Shown here one piece after another: positions 37,643-49,400 of a stretch of 64,000 bases of DNA. Both the position numbers and the translations under genes were made by a program. Numbering within the stretch: position 1 is the stretch's first letter; every line of letters begins with the position of its first letter. Source of the stretch: Pristiophorus japonicus (Eukaryota); contig NC_091977.1 in the NCBI RefSeq assembly GCF_044704955.1, positions 164,734,001 through 164,798,000 on the forward strand, read 5' to 3'. The notes under the pieces were generated by a model. It saw nothing but the letters and a program-made list of their open reading frames with translations. It was not told the DNA's origin and did not search any database.

Positions 37643-38307
37643 GAGGTATTTTAACCCCAAAAAATGGGTGGGTTGGTGTTGGATGCGAAGTTGGTGTTTA
37701 TAAAAAAAGGAATCCCAACCACAACCCGCCCACTTTCCACTTTTAATGCCAGTGGGATGGGAGGCGGGGCGGAGCAGCCAGCCCACGCACAGGAGGCAGT
37801 CTTTCATTTAAATATTATGAGGCTGGCGTGCCTCAGATTTAATCAGCATTTCAAATTTAACTGTGGCTTGGTTGGATTTCGCAGGCCTCTGGATATCTGT
37901 CTGCGAATGGAAGGCGAGGACTGCTGGATCCAGCATCCCTGCCCAATCCATCCTCTACGATCAGAGAACCCCCCTCCAAACGAGGCCTCTGGTTGCCCTT
38001 TTGGGGCCCCCGCCATGCCCCCAAATCGTACTCCAGGTCCCCGATGTTCGCTCCCTACCCCCCTCCTAATTGTTCTCGGGACTTCTTTCAGCCCCCACCC
38101 AATCGCTCCTTTCCCTCTGCAGCCTAGTGCCGCAGGCCTCTTTGCCAGCAGCCCCTCTATTTGGCTGGCTGCAGGTCGGAAACAGGTTTTAAATGCAAAT
38201 CAGGCCCTACCGTTAAATTCAATGGTGCCTGCAGGAAACCCGTTCTCGAGGGTTTTCCTAGTCCCCCCTGCTCCCAACCTGTCTTCTGATTAAATTTCCG
38301 GCCCCAG
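37643..38307. mobile_element. MITE-like element, same family as 1197-7720 and 44271-44700
   Basis: Starts GGGGAGGTATTTTAACCCC and ends TAAATTTCCGGCCCC. Shares internal words with the other copies. Confidence 0.55.
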
Positions 38308-38769
38308 TGTCAGAATTAACCATTCCCAGGTCAGGTTAGGTGCAGCACAATCAGATGCAATTTCCTCTGCTCTTCACTAACAATGCTGTTGCAGCACAAC
38401 CTCAGAAGAGTACCCCCTGCTGTATCAATGTGATGTTTTTTTTCCCATTTTCCATACCAGCCACCAGTGTTGAATTAGAATATTTTAGCGCTGCAGGCTA
38501 GTAATGGCCCAAACTAATTTCACCAAATCCTGATCACTTTAGTCTGGGTTTGATTTGAACCTAGGCCCCAGTGGTGAACGACGAGTGTTCAACTAACAGC
38601 AGCATTTGGTGGCCTTTGGTAAACTACTCTTAATTAGTTTCACTCCGTAAAGTGTTGACGTGTTGCTCCATGACCACATGTTGAACCAGAAAATTGCATC
38701 GTTCTTATCTAATTAACTCAATCGATAGGATACTCAGTGACTTGGTTGACACAGCCTGAGTGACTTTAA

Positions 38770-39097
38770 GGGCCCAATTTTGGCCATGACTTGCATCAAT
38801 TCTTTTGGAGCAAGTTGTTTTTTCTGGCGTAAGTTTAAAAAATGCCATTTTCCCCCCAAAATTTGCTCCAGAGTAAGTCAGTTAGGTATGATTGTTAAAA
38901 AATGTTTTTCAAAATTTCAAAGTTCCCAGACACTTACGCCAGTTTTGGCCATTTATGCCACTTTGGCCAGCCAGAACTTACTCCAAATCGACTTAGGTCA
39001 ACGTATGTGGCCAGCTCTGCGGGCAGTGAAGAAATCAGCGCAGTTAGTACATTTAAAGCACCAAGACTTACAAAGCACTAAACAAACCACAAAAAGA
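38770..39097. mobile_element. Left arm of a GGGCCC-TIR MITE running into the minisatellite
   Basis: GGGCCCAATTTTGGCCATGACTTGC resembles the terminus of the 30776 family. Confidence 0.5.
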
Positions 39098-41376
39098 CCC
39101 CCCCCCCCCACCAAAACACACTTTCTCCCCCTCCCCCCAAAACACACTTTCTCCCCCCCCCAAAACACACTTTCTCCCCCTCCCACCCAAAACGCACTCA
39201 CCCCCCCCCCCAAAAACACACTTTCTCTCTCCTCCCCCCCCCCCAAAACACACTTTCTCCCCCCCCCAAAACACACTTTCTCCCCCCCCCCCCCAAAACA
39301 CACTTTCTCCCCCCCCCTCCCCCTCAAAACACACTTCCCCCCCCAAAACACACTTTCTCCCCCCCCAAAACACACTTTCTCCCCCCCCCAAAACACACTT
39401 TCTCCCCCCCCCCAAAACACACTTTCTCCCCCCCCAAAACACACTTTCTCCCCCCCCCCAAAACACACTTTCTCCCCCCCCCCCAAAACACACTTCCCCC
39501 CCCCCCCAAAACACACTTTCTCCCCCCCCCCCAAAACACACTTTCTCCCCCCCCCCAAACACACTTTCTCCCCCCCCCCAAAACACACTTTCTCCCCCCC
39601 CAAAACACACTTTCTCCTTCCCAAAACACACTTTCTCCCCCCCAAAACACACTTTCTCCCCCCCCAAAACACACTTTCTCCCCCCCCAAAACACACTTTC
39701 TCCCCCCCAAAACACACTTTCTCCCCCCCAAAACACACTTTCTCCCCCCCAAAACACACTTTCTCCCCCCCAAAACACACTTTCTCCCCCCCCCAAAACA
39801 CACTTTCTCCCCCCCCCCAAAACACACTTTCTCCCCCCCCCAAAACGCACTTTCTCCCCCCCCCCCAAAACGCACTTTCTCCCCCCCCCCAAAACACACT
39901 TTCTCCCCCCCCCAAAACACACTTTCTCCCCCCAAAACACACTTTCCCCCCCCCCCCCAAAACACACTTTCTCCCCCCCCAAAACACACTTTCTCCCCCC
40001 CCCAAAACACACTTTCTCCCCCCCTCCCAAACACACTTTCTCCCGCCCCCCCCAACACACTTTCTCTCCCCCCCCCCCAAAACACACTTCCCCCCCCCCC
40101 CCCAAAACACACTTTCTCCCCCCCCCAAAAACACACTTTCTCCCCCCCCCCAAAACACACTTTCTCTCCCCCCCCCCCAAAACACACTTTCTCCCCCCCC
40201 CCCCCAAAACACACTTTCTCTCCCCCCCCCCAAACACACTTTCTCCCCCCCCCCCAAACACAATTTCTCCCCCCCGCAAAACACACTTTCTCCCCTCCCC
40301 CCCAAAACGCGCGTTCTCCCCCCCAAAACGCGCGTTCTCCCCCCAAAACGCGCGTTCTCCCCCCAAAACGCGCGTTCTCCCCCCCAAAACGCGCGTTCTC
40401 CCCCCCAAAACGCGCGTTCTCCCCCCAAACGCGCGTTCTCCCCCCAAAACGCGCGTTCTCCCCCCAAAACGCGCGTTCTCCCCCCCAAACGCGCGTTCTC
40501 CCCCCCAAAACGCGCGTTCTCCCCCCCCAAAACGCGCGTTCTCCCCCCCAAAACGCGCGTTCTCCCCCCCAAAACGCGCGTTCTCCCCCCCAAAACGCGC
40601 GTTCTCCCCCCCAAAACGCGCGTTCTCCCCCCCAAAACGCGCGTTCTCCCCCCCAAAACGCGCGTTCTCCCCCCCAAAACGCGCGTTCTCCCCCCCAAAA
40701 CGCGCGTTCTCCCCCCCAAAACGCGCGTTCTCCCCCCCAAAACGCGCGTTCTCCCCCCCAAAACGCGCGTTCTCCCCCCCAAAACGCGCGTTCTCCCCCC
40801 CAAAACGCGCGTTGTTCTCCCCCCCAAAAGGCGCGTTCTCCCCCCAAAACGCGCGTTCTCCCCCCAAAACGCGCGTTCTCCCCCCCAAAACGCGCGTTCT
40901 CCCCCCCAAAACGCGCGTTCTCCCCCCCAAAACGCGCGTTCTCTCCCCCAAAACGCGCGTTCTCCCCCCAAAACGCGCGNNNNNNNNNNNNNNNNNNNNN
41001 NNNNNNNNNNNNNNNNNNNNNNNNNNNNNNNNNNNNNNNNNNNNNNNNNNNNNNNNNNNNNNNNNNNNNNNNNNNNNNNNNNNNNNNNNNNNNNNNNNNN
41101 NNNNNNNNNNNNNNNNNNNNNNNNNNNNNNNNNNNNNNNNNNNNNNNNNNNNNNNNNNNNNNNNNNNNNNNNNNNNNNNCCCAAAACGCGCGTTCTCCCC
41201 CCCAAAACGCGCGTTCTCCCCCCCAAAACGCGCGTTCTCCCCCCCAAAACGCGCGTTCTCCCCCCAAAACGCGCGTTCTCCCACCCAAAACGCGCGTTCT
41301 CCCCCCCAAAACGCGCGTTCTCTCCCCCCCCCCCCCCCCAAACAACACACGTCCTCTTCCTCTTCCCCCCCAAAAA
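39098..41376. repeat. C-rich minisatellite of about 20-24 bp units with two domains: AAAACACACTTTCT(C)n, then AAAACGCGCGTTCT(C)n
   Basis: Directly visible. The unit type switches at about 40304 and the array spans the assembly gap. Confidence 0.97.
40980..41179. other. Assembly gap (200 N)
   Basis: Run of N. The round length suggests a placeholder of unknown true size. Confidence 0.99.
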
Positions 41377-41987
41377 AGGGATTTGAATATAGAAGCAGGG
41401 TGGTCTTACTGCAGTTGTACAGGGCCTTAGTGAATATTGTGTTCAGTTTTGGTCTCCTAGTCTGAGGAAGGATGTTCTTGCTATTGAGGGAGGACAGCGA
41501 AGGTTCACCAGACTGATTCAATGGATGGCTGGGCTGTCATATGAGGAGAGACTGGATCAATTGGGCCTTTATTCACTGGAGTTTAGAAGGATGAGAGGGG
41601 ATCTCATAGAAACATATATGATTCTGATGGGACTGGACAGGTTAAATGCGGGAAGAATGTTCCCCATGTTGGGGAAGTCCAGAACCAGGGGACATAGTCT
41701 TAGAATAAGGGGTAAGCCATTTAGAACTGAGATGAGGAGAAACTTCTTCACTCAGAGAGTTGTTAACCTGTGGAATTCCCTGCCGCAGAGAGTTGTTGAT
41801 GCCAGTTCACTGGATATATTCAAGAGGGAGTTAGATATGGCTCTTACGGTTAAGGGGATCAAGGGGTATGGAGAGAAAACAGGAAAGAGGTACTGAAGGA
41901 ATGATCAGCCATGATCTTCTTGAATGGTGGTACAGGCTCGAAGGGCCGAATGGCCTACTCCTGCACCTATTTTTCTATGTTTCTATC
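41377..41987 (+). mobile_element. 5'-truncated CR1 ((TTCTATGT)n subfamily)
   Basis: GFEYRSR.VLLQLYRALV through ORF 41525-41896 and the tail. Confidence 0.92.
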
Positions 41988-42279
41988 CCATGTGGCTCAT
42001 TTTTAGTAGTTTTCGCTGCTTTGTCAGCTTACCCATATCTCTGAAAACCGTGGAAAATTGTAATAAATTGAGTATTCAGTGCTTCCCACATTCTCTCCCC
42101 CAAAAACACACGTTCTCTCCCCCCACGCCCGCTCAATAATCTGCCTATAATTTACTTTTGACTTCATTACTCACACACTGTTGATCCACCTCGCCTACAG
42201 AAATGAGAATTATTTTTCATGGGGAAGCTATTCAGTGCTCTTTGCCCGATTTATAGTAATTTTAGTAATTACCGAACTA

Positions 42280-43854
42280 GTGCCCCAAGTTTCGTGTCGC
42301 GGCGAAAATGGTGCACCTCCGAGCTGGGCGCCTGTTTTTTGCGCCGAAAACTGCACCTTAAAAAAAAAAAAGTCCAATATTCTCGAGCTCCTTGGAGCTC
42401 GATGTCTGCTTGGCGCGGCGCGCTCTCCGCAGCAGGGGGCGGAGCCTAACACTCGTGCCGATTTTCTAAGTAGCAGGGGGCGGGTACAATTTAAATTAGC
42501 CTTCGTGATGCCGGCAACCCTGCGCGCGCGCGTTGGAGCGTGCGCGCACGCGCAGTCTCACACAAACATTGGCACTCGGTCATTTTCAAAAATACTGCAG
42601 AAAAAGTGAAGATTTGTTTCTTGGACCCATGCAAAGGCTTGTAATTTAATTTTTTTTGATATCTCTGTGTGTGAGGGAGTGCTTTTAGCAGCACTGCTGA
42701 ATAAATCACCTGAAATCAGTGAGTTCAGCTTTTCACTGCTAAACTTGCAGAACCGGTGCTGCATTGGTGCATGCAAATTAAGGATTGTGTGTTTGGAGAA
42801 ATAAGAGTGCCAATTCAACTTTGCAATAATACGTGGTGTTGACAATGCAGCACCCATTCTGCAAATTTAAATATAAAACTGTCGATGTGGCTGCCTCCCC
42901 CTGTCCAAATGGCCTCAGTCCCCCTCACAGCTCAAAGGCTGCTGTGTATCTTCGGCTGCCGGCCAGCCACTGACGCCGCTGATATCCTATGGCCGAATGG
43001 CCTCACGTCCGTCTGCTGCTGATTCTTTGGCTGCCGGCCAGCCACTGACGCCGCCCCTAAAGCATGGCCGAATGGCCTCAAGAACCTTAATGAGCTGCGT
43101 GTGTCCTGCGTTGATTCTTCGGCTGCCGGCCAGCCACTGACGCCGCTGCTATCTCATGGCCGAATGGCCTCACATCGGTCCACTGATTCTTCAGCTGCCG
43201 GCCAGCCACTGACGCCGCTGATATCTCATGGCCGAATGGCCTCGGGTCCGTCCGGTGCTGCTTCTTCGCGGCCCGCCACGAAGAGAATGAAGGCCTGCCT
43301 CAAGCACTGCAGCTCAGCTCGAAGCTTGCTGCCGCTGCCGTCGAGACACTGACGCCACACCGCTGCCTGTCTCCAACATGAAAGGCCTGCCTGAAGCACT
43401 TTCACACAGGTAGGAACATGGTTTATTTAATCTTTTCTTTGCTTATAAATTTTTATTCAGGTTGGATTTATTTGTATAATATTTGTATAAGTATAACTAA
43501 GGATTGATTGTAGAATTTAATGACTTCCCTCCCGCCCCCCACCTCGTTCCCTACGCCTAATTTGTAACCTACGCCTGATTTTCTAAAGTGTAGACAAGGT
43601 TTTTTCGAGCGTACAAAAATCTTCACTTACTCCATTCTAAGTTAGTTTGGAGTAAGTTTTCACTCACGAAACGTTGAAATCAGGTGTAAGTGACATGCCC
43701 CCTTTTGAAAAAAAAATTCTGTTCCAAAGTGAATCTGTTCTAACTGACTAGAACTGGAGCAAACTAAATGTGGAGAATTCTGATTTCTAAGATACTCCGT
43801 TCTACACCAGTTGCACCTAAAAATCAGGAGCAAATCATGTGGCAACTTGGGGCC
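42280..43854. mobile_element. Harbinger-like MITE copy B with an internal repeat array (42946-43245)
   Basis: Ends GCCCCAAGTTTC...ATCATGTGGCAACTTGGGGCC. Both arms are collinear with 30776-31788, but the centre differs. Confidence 0.85.
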
Positions 43855-44769
43855 TCGGAGTTAGATTATCAGTGCTGGTCCGTGGTAAGCAGATCAGAAG
43901 TGGTTGATGCTTCAAGGGACTGCTATTTTTCTTGAAGGTTTCTTTGCATTTGTATGGAGATTAAAAAGCAGTAGATAGAAAGTTTCTGAGGCCCTGCTTC
44001 ATGTTGGACTTGTTCTTATGTTAAATATACACTGACAGTTATTGTTGCAATTAATTTACAATACCAAAAGTAGCCATTTTTATGGTAATGCATGGAAGAA
44101 AAATTTTAAACTTGTGTTCTGTGGAGTTAGAAGAATGAGAGGTGGTCTTGTTGAAACGTATAAAAGAAGAATGAGAGGTGATCTCGTTGAAACGTATAAA
44201 ATTCTTGCTTGACGGGAGATGCTGAGAGGCTGTTTTCCCCCTGGCTGGAGAGCCTAGAACTAATTGTTATAGGGGGAAATTTAATCCCCATAAATGGGTG
44301 GATTGAGGTCAGGTAAGAGGTTAAATTATTAAAAATGTGAATCTCAATCCAGCCTGACTCCAACCCGCCTACTTCCGGGTTTAAATGGGGTGGGCAGCCG
44401 ACCCACTCCCAGGAGGCAGGTTGATACTTTAAATATAATGAGGCTCGAAGGCTCTGATTTAACCTGCTGTGCAGGTGTAATTGGCCGGCCGGCCGGGGAT
44501 CCTGGGCCTCGGGATTTCCGGCAGCTGCAGCACGGGGAGGACAGCCTCTGGGGAGAAATTGTGGGCTGAGAGAAACAGCCCTCCCCCCCAAACCCCTAGT
44601 GTCAGGGATCGAACGGCAAGACCAGACTGCTTTTGAGGCAAGATCCTTTGCGAGAGCATATTGCAAGCAGGGGGGTTGTGCCATCTCAGTTGCCCTGTTC
44701 ATTCCCTATTTGGAGCATGTACTTCGTCAACAATTTCTATTTTAACTTCAACTTGATCCCTCGGCTTCT

Positions 44770-44875
44770 GTCAAACAAAAAGCAAAACACTGCCGATGCA
44801 AGTAAACCAAAATAAAAACAGAAAATGTTGGAAACACTCAGTGGATCAGGCAGCATCTGTGCAGAGAGGAAGTTA
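44770..44875 (-). mobile_element. Penelope-like terminal repeat fragment
   Basis: Reverse strand CTCTGCACAGATGCTGCCTGATCC.CTGAGTGTTTCCAACATTTTCTGTTTTTATT matches 62900-62960. Confidence 0.55.
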
Positions 44876-46110
44876 GGCTGACTGGCCTGTAATTACTCGG
44901 TCTATCCCTTTCTCCCATTTAAAAAAATGGTACAACATTAGCAGTCCTCCAATCCTCTGGCACCACACCTGTATCCAGAGAGGATTGGAAAATGATGGTC
45001 AGGGCCTCTGCTATTTCCTCTTTTGCTTCTCTGGGATACATTTAACATAAGAACATAAGAAAAAGGAGCAGAAGTAGGCCAAATGGCCCCTCGAGCCTGC
45101 TCCGCCATTTAATACGATCATGGACTCGGGTCAGCTTCCCTGCCCGCTCCCCATAACCCCTTAATCCCTTATCGGTTAAGAAACTATCTCTGTCTTAAAT
45201 TTATTCAATGTCCCGGCTTCCGCAGCTCTCTGAGGCAGTGAATTCCACAGATTTACAACCCTCCTTGAGAAAAGAAATTCCTCCTCATCTCAGTTTTAAA
45301 TGGGCAGCTCCTTATTCTTTGATTATGCCTCCTAGTTTTAGTCTCCCCTATCAGTGGAAACATCCTCTCTGCATCCACCCTGTCAATTCCCCTCATAATC
45401 TTATACGTTTCGATAAGATCACCTCTCATTCTTCTGAATTCCAATGAGTAGAGGCCCAACCTCCTTAACGTTTCCTCATAAGTCAATCCCCTCATCTTTG
45501 GAATCAACCTAGTGAACCTTCTCTGAACTGCCTCCAAAGCAAGTATATCCTTTCGTAAATATGGAAACCAAAACTGTACGCAGTATTCCAGGTGTGGCCT
45601 CACCAAAACCCTGTACAGCAGTAGCAAGACTTTGCTGCTTTTATACTCCATCCCCCTTGCAATAAAGGCCAAGATTCCATTGGCCTTCCTGATCATTTGC
45701 TGTACCTGCATACTAACCTTTTGTGTTTCATGCACCAGGACCCCCAGGTCCCGCAATTTTTCTTCATTTAAATGATAACTTGCTCTTTGATTTTTTTTTC
45801 TGCCAAAGTGCATGACCTCACACTTTTCAACATTATACTCCCATCTGTCAAATTTTTTCCCACTCACTTAGCCTGTCTGTGTCCTTTTGCAGATTTTTTG
45901 TGTACTCCTCACACATTGTTTTTCTTCCCATCTTTGTATTGTCAGCAAACTTGGCTACGTTACACTCGGTCCCTTCTTCCAAGTCGTTAATATAGATTGT
46001 AAATAGTTAGGGTTCCAGCACTGATCCCTGTGGCACCCCACTGCTTACTGATTGCCGACCAGAGAATGAACCATTTATCCTGACTCTCTGTTTTCTGTTC
46101 ATTAGTCAAT
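44876..46110 (-). mobile_element. Two adjacent CR1 fragments (44876-45040 and 45045-46110)
   Basis: ORF 45253-45867 is an RT C-terminus with the ACATAAGA tail at 45045. The smaller piece matches 55235-55410. Confidence 0.9.
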
Positions 46111-46451
46111 ACGTCTGTATGCAATATATCCTGAAAAGTAAAATTTATGCAAAAATATATATTTTATATGTCGTTACCTGGTAATCGTCTGCTTATTATT
46201 TGATAAACTTGTATTATGTCACAGTTAATAAACCTTTAAGTGTAGGTGGTCGTAACTGAATTATCAAAATATGAAAACATCCCCATGAATTTTGTAGCAA
46301 TTGTACCTTTAGTGTTTTGTGAGGTGCCATTTTACCTTGAATTGGGCATGTCAGAAGCAAACCACCAAATCTTTGCTCACCTATGCTGTGTGAACTCTTC
46401 AATGAGATTGCTACATTTGTATTCACTCTTGGATATCCATTGTTTTTATTT

Positions 46452-49400
46452 TGGCCCGGAATTTAAAGTCAGCAGCGAAACATGTCGTTTATCACTGGCC
46501 CCGAAACACACTTCGCACAAAGATCTCGATCTCAGTGTCAAGCAGTTCAGGTTTTCCGATATTCAGTTCAAATCAGTAGAGTTTAATGGGAATCCAGTGC
46601 GAGCTAGTGTGACCTCAACAGGCTGTCTAAGCAGCCAATAAAAATGCAGAATTCTCACAGACAGCAAACCAGGAAGTGAGTAAGCTTTTAAAATTATAAC
46701 TTTTAAAAAATGTTAGAGAGCAAAACAAGGATTGGGGCTCTCACATGGGAAAAGGCAAAATTGAAATAAAGATGAACAAACTTAAAATTTTTTTGGAAAA
46801 GTTTCTTAAAATTGTAAAATTTTAATTTTGCACAAAATTTGTTGAGACGCGGGAGGTCGGAGGGAGGCCTATAAAAGGCCCATCAGTCAGAGCGGCGGGA
46901 GTTCGTCGAGGCGCGGGAGGTCGGAGGGAGGCCTATAAAAGGCCCATCAGCCGGAGCGGTGGGAGTTCGTCGAGGAGGCGCGGGAGGGAGGCCTATAAAA
47001 GGCCCATCAGTTGGGGAGCAGCCAGAGGGACGTCGAGGAGGCGGCACTGTGAGTCGGGAGGCCTATAAAAGACCGAACAGGTGGGGAGCAGCCAGCGGGA
47101 CGTCAAGGAGGCCTGCTGGTGCAGCTGCAGCAGGGAGAGAAGGCAATAAAGTAGTAGAAAGAAATCGAAAGGTGATGTCACAGCCAAGGAGGTAAGTGAT
47201 TGGCTGGTGATTGGTGAGTAGTTTTTCTTTTTCTTTTTCTTTTCCTTTATCAGTAGGTAACCTTAATCATTGTTATTGCCAAATTAAGTTAATCAAGGGG
47301 TTAAGTCATGGCAGGAGAGCTCGGACACGTATCATGCTCCTTCTGTGCTATGTGGGAACTCGGACGCTAACAGTGTCCCTGGCGACGACATGTGCGGGAA
47401 GTGTATCCTGCTGCAGCTCCTGACAGACCGCATTGTGGCACTGGAGCTGCGGGTGGATTTACTCTGGAGCACTCGCGATGCTGAGGATGCCATGAATAGC
47501 ATGTTTAATGAGTTGATCATACCGCAGATAAAGGTTACACAGATAGATAGGGGATGGGTGACCAGCAGGAAGAGCAGTGGAAGGAAGGTAGTGCAGGGGT
47601 CCCCTGCGGTCATCCCCCTCTAAAACAGACACACTGTTTTGGGTACTGTTGGGGGAATGACTCATCAGAGGAGGGCAGCAGCAGCCAAGTTCATGGGTGG
47701 CTCTGCTGCACAGGAGGGCAGGAAAAAGTGGGAGAGCTATTGTGGTAGGGGATTCTATTGTAAGGGGAATAGATAGGCGTTTCTGCGGCCGCAATCGAGA
47801 CTCCAGGATGGTATGTTGCCTCCCTGGTGTCAAGGATGTCTCGGAGCGGCTGCAAGACATTTTGGAGAGGGAGGGTGAACAGCCAGTTGTCGTGGTGCAT
47901 ATAGGTGCCAATGATATAGGTAAAAAATGGGATGAGGTCCTACAAGCTGAATTTAGGGAGCTAGGAGTTAAATTAAAAAGTAGGACCTCAAAGGTAGTAA
48001 TCTCAGGATTGCTACCAGTGCCACGTGCTAGTTAGAGTAGGAATTGCAGGATAGCTCCGATGAATACGTGGCTCGAGGAGTGCTGTAGCAGGGAGGGATT
48101 CAAATTCCTGGAACTTTGGAAGCGGTTCTGGGGGATGTGGGACCAGTACAAACTGGACGGTCTGCACCTGGGCAGGACCGGAACCAATGTCCTAGGAGGA
48201 GTGTTTGCTCGTGCTGTTGGGGAGGGGTTAAACTAATATGGCAGGGGGATGGGAACCTAGGCAGGGAGACAGAGGGAAGTAGAATGGGGGCAGAAGCAAA
48301 AGATAGAAAGAAGAAAAGTAAAAGTGGAGGGCAGAGAAACCCAAGGCAAAAATCAAAAAGGGCCACATTACAGCAAAATTCCAAAGGGGCAAAGTGTGTT
48401 AAATTGACAAGCCTGAAGGCTCTGTGCCTCAATGCGAGGAGTATTCATAATAAGGTGGACGAATTAACTGCGCATGCAGCTATTAACAATTATGATATAA
48501 TTGGCATCACGGAGACATGGCTCCAGGGTGACCAAGGCTGGGAACTCAACATCCGGGGGTATTCAACATTCAGGAAGAATAGACAAAGGAAAAGGAGGTG
48601 GGGTAGCGTTGCTAGTTAAAGAGGAAATTAACGCAATAGTAAAGAAGGACATTAGCTTGGAGGATGTGGAATCTGTATGGGTGGAGCTGTGGAATACCAA
48701 AGGGCAGAAAATGCTAGTGGGAGTTGTGTACAGACCACCAACATGTAGTAGCGAGGTTGGGGACAGCATCAAACAAGAAATTAGGGATGCGTGAAATAAA
48801 GGTTCAGCAGTTATCATGGGTAACTTTAATCTACATATATATTGGGCTAACCAAACTGATAGCAATACGGTGGAGGAGGATTTCCTGGAGTGTATTAGGG
48901 ATGGTTTTCTAGACCGATATGTCGAGGAACCAACTAGAGGGCTGGCCATCCTAGACTGGGTAATGTATAATGAGAGAGGATTAATTAGCTATCTTGTTGT
49001 GCGAGGCCCCTTGTGGAAGAGTGACCATAGTATGGTGGAATTCTTTAATACCCCGATGGAGAGTGACACAGTTAATTCAGAGACTACGGTCCTGAACTTA
49101 AGGAAAGGTAACTTCGATGTTATGAGATGTGAATTGGCTAGAATAGACTGGCGAATGATACTTAAAGGGTTGACGGTGGATAGGCAATGGTAAACATTTA
49201 AAGATCAGATGGATGAACTTCAACAATTGTACATCCCTGTCTGGAGTAAAAATAAAACTGGGAAGGTGGCTCAACCGTGGCTAACAAGGGAAATTAAGGA
49301 TAATGTTAAATCCAAGGAAGAGGCATATAAATTGGCCAGAAAAAGCAGCAAACCTGAGGACTGGGAGAAATTTAGAATTCAGCAGATGAGGACAAAGGGT

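Noticed and set aside
38780-41521. Long ORFs of 674-868 aa on both strands
   Set aside because: They are translations of a stop-free minisatellite and run through 200 N.
42946-43245. CRISPR array
   Set aside because: Vertebrate context, no cas genes, and uneven, partly related spacers inside a MITE.
44122-44265. Tandem repeat of about 38 bp as a regulatory array
   Set aside because: It is a local duplication within a small CR1 ORF2 fragment (RRMRGDL.ETYK).
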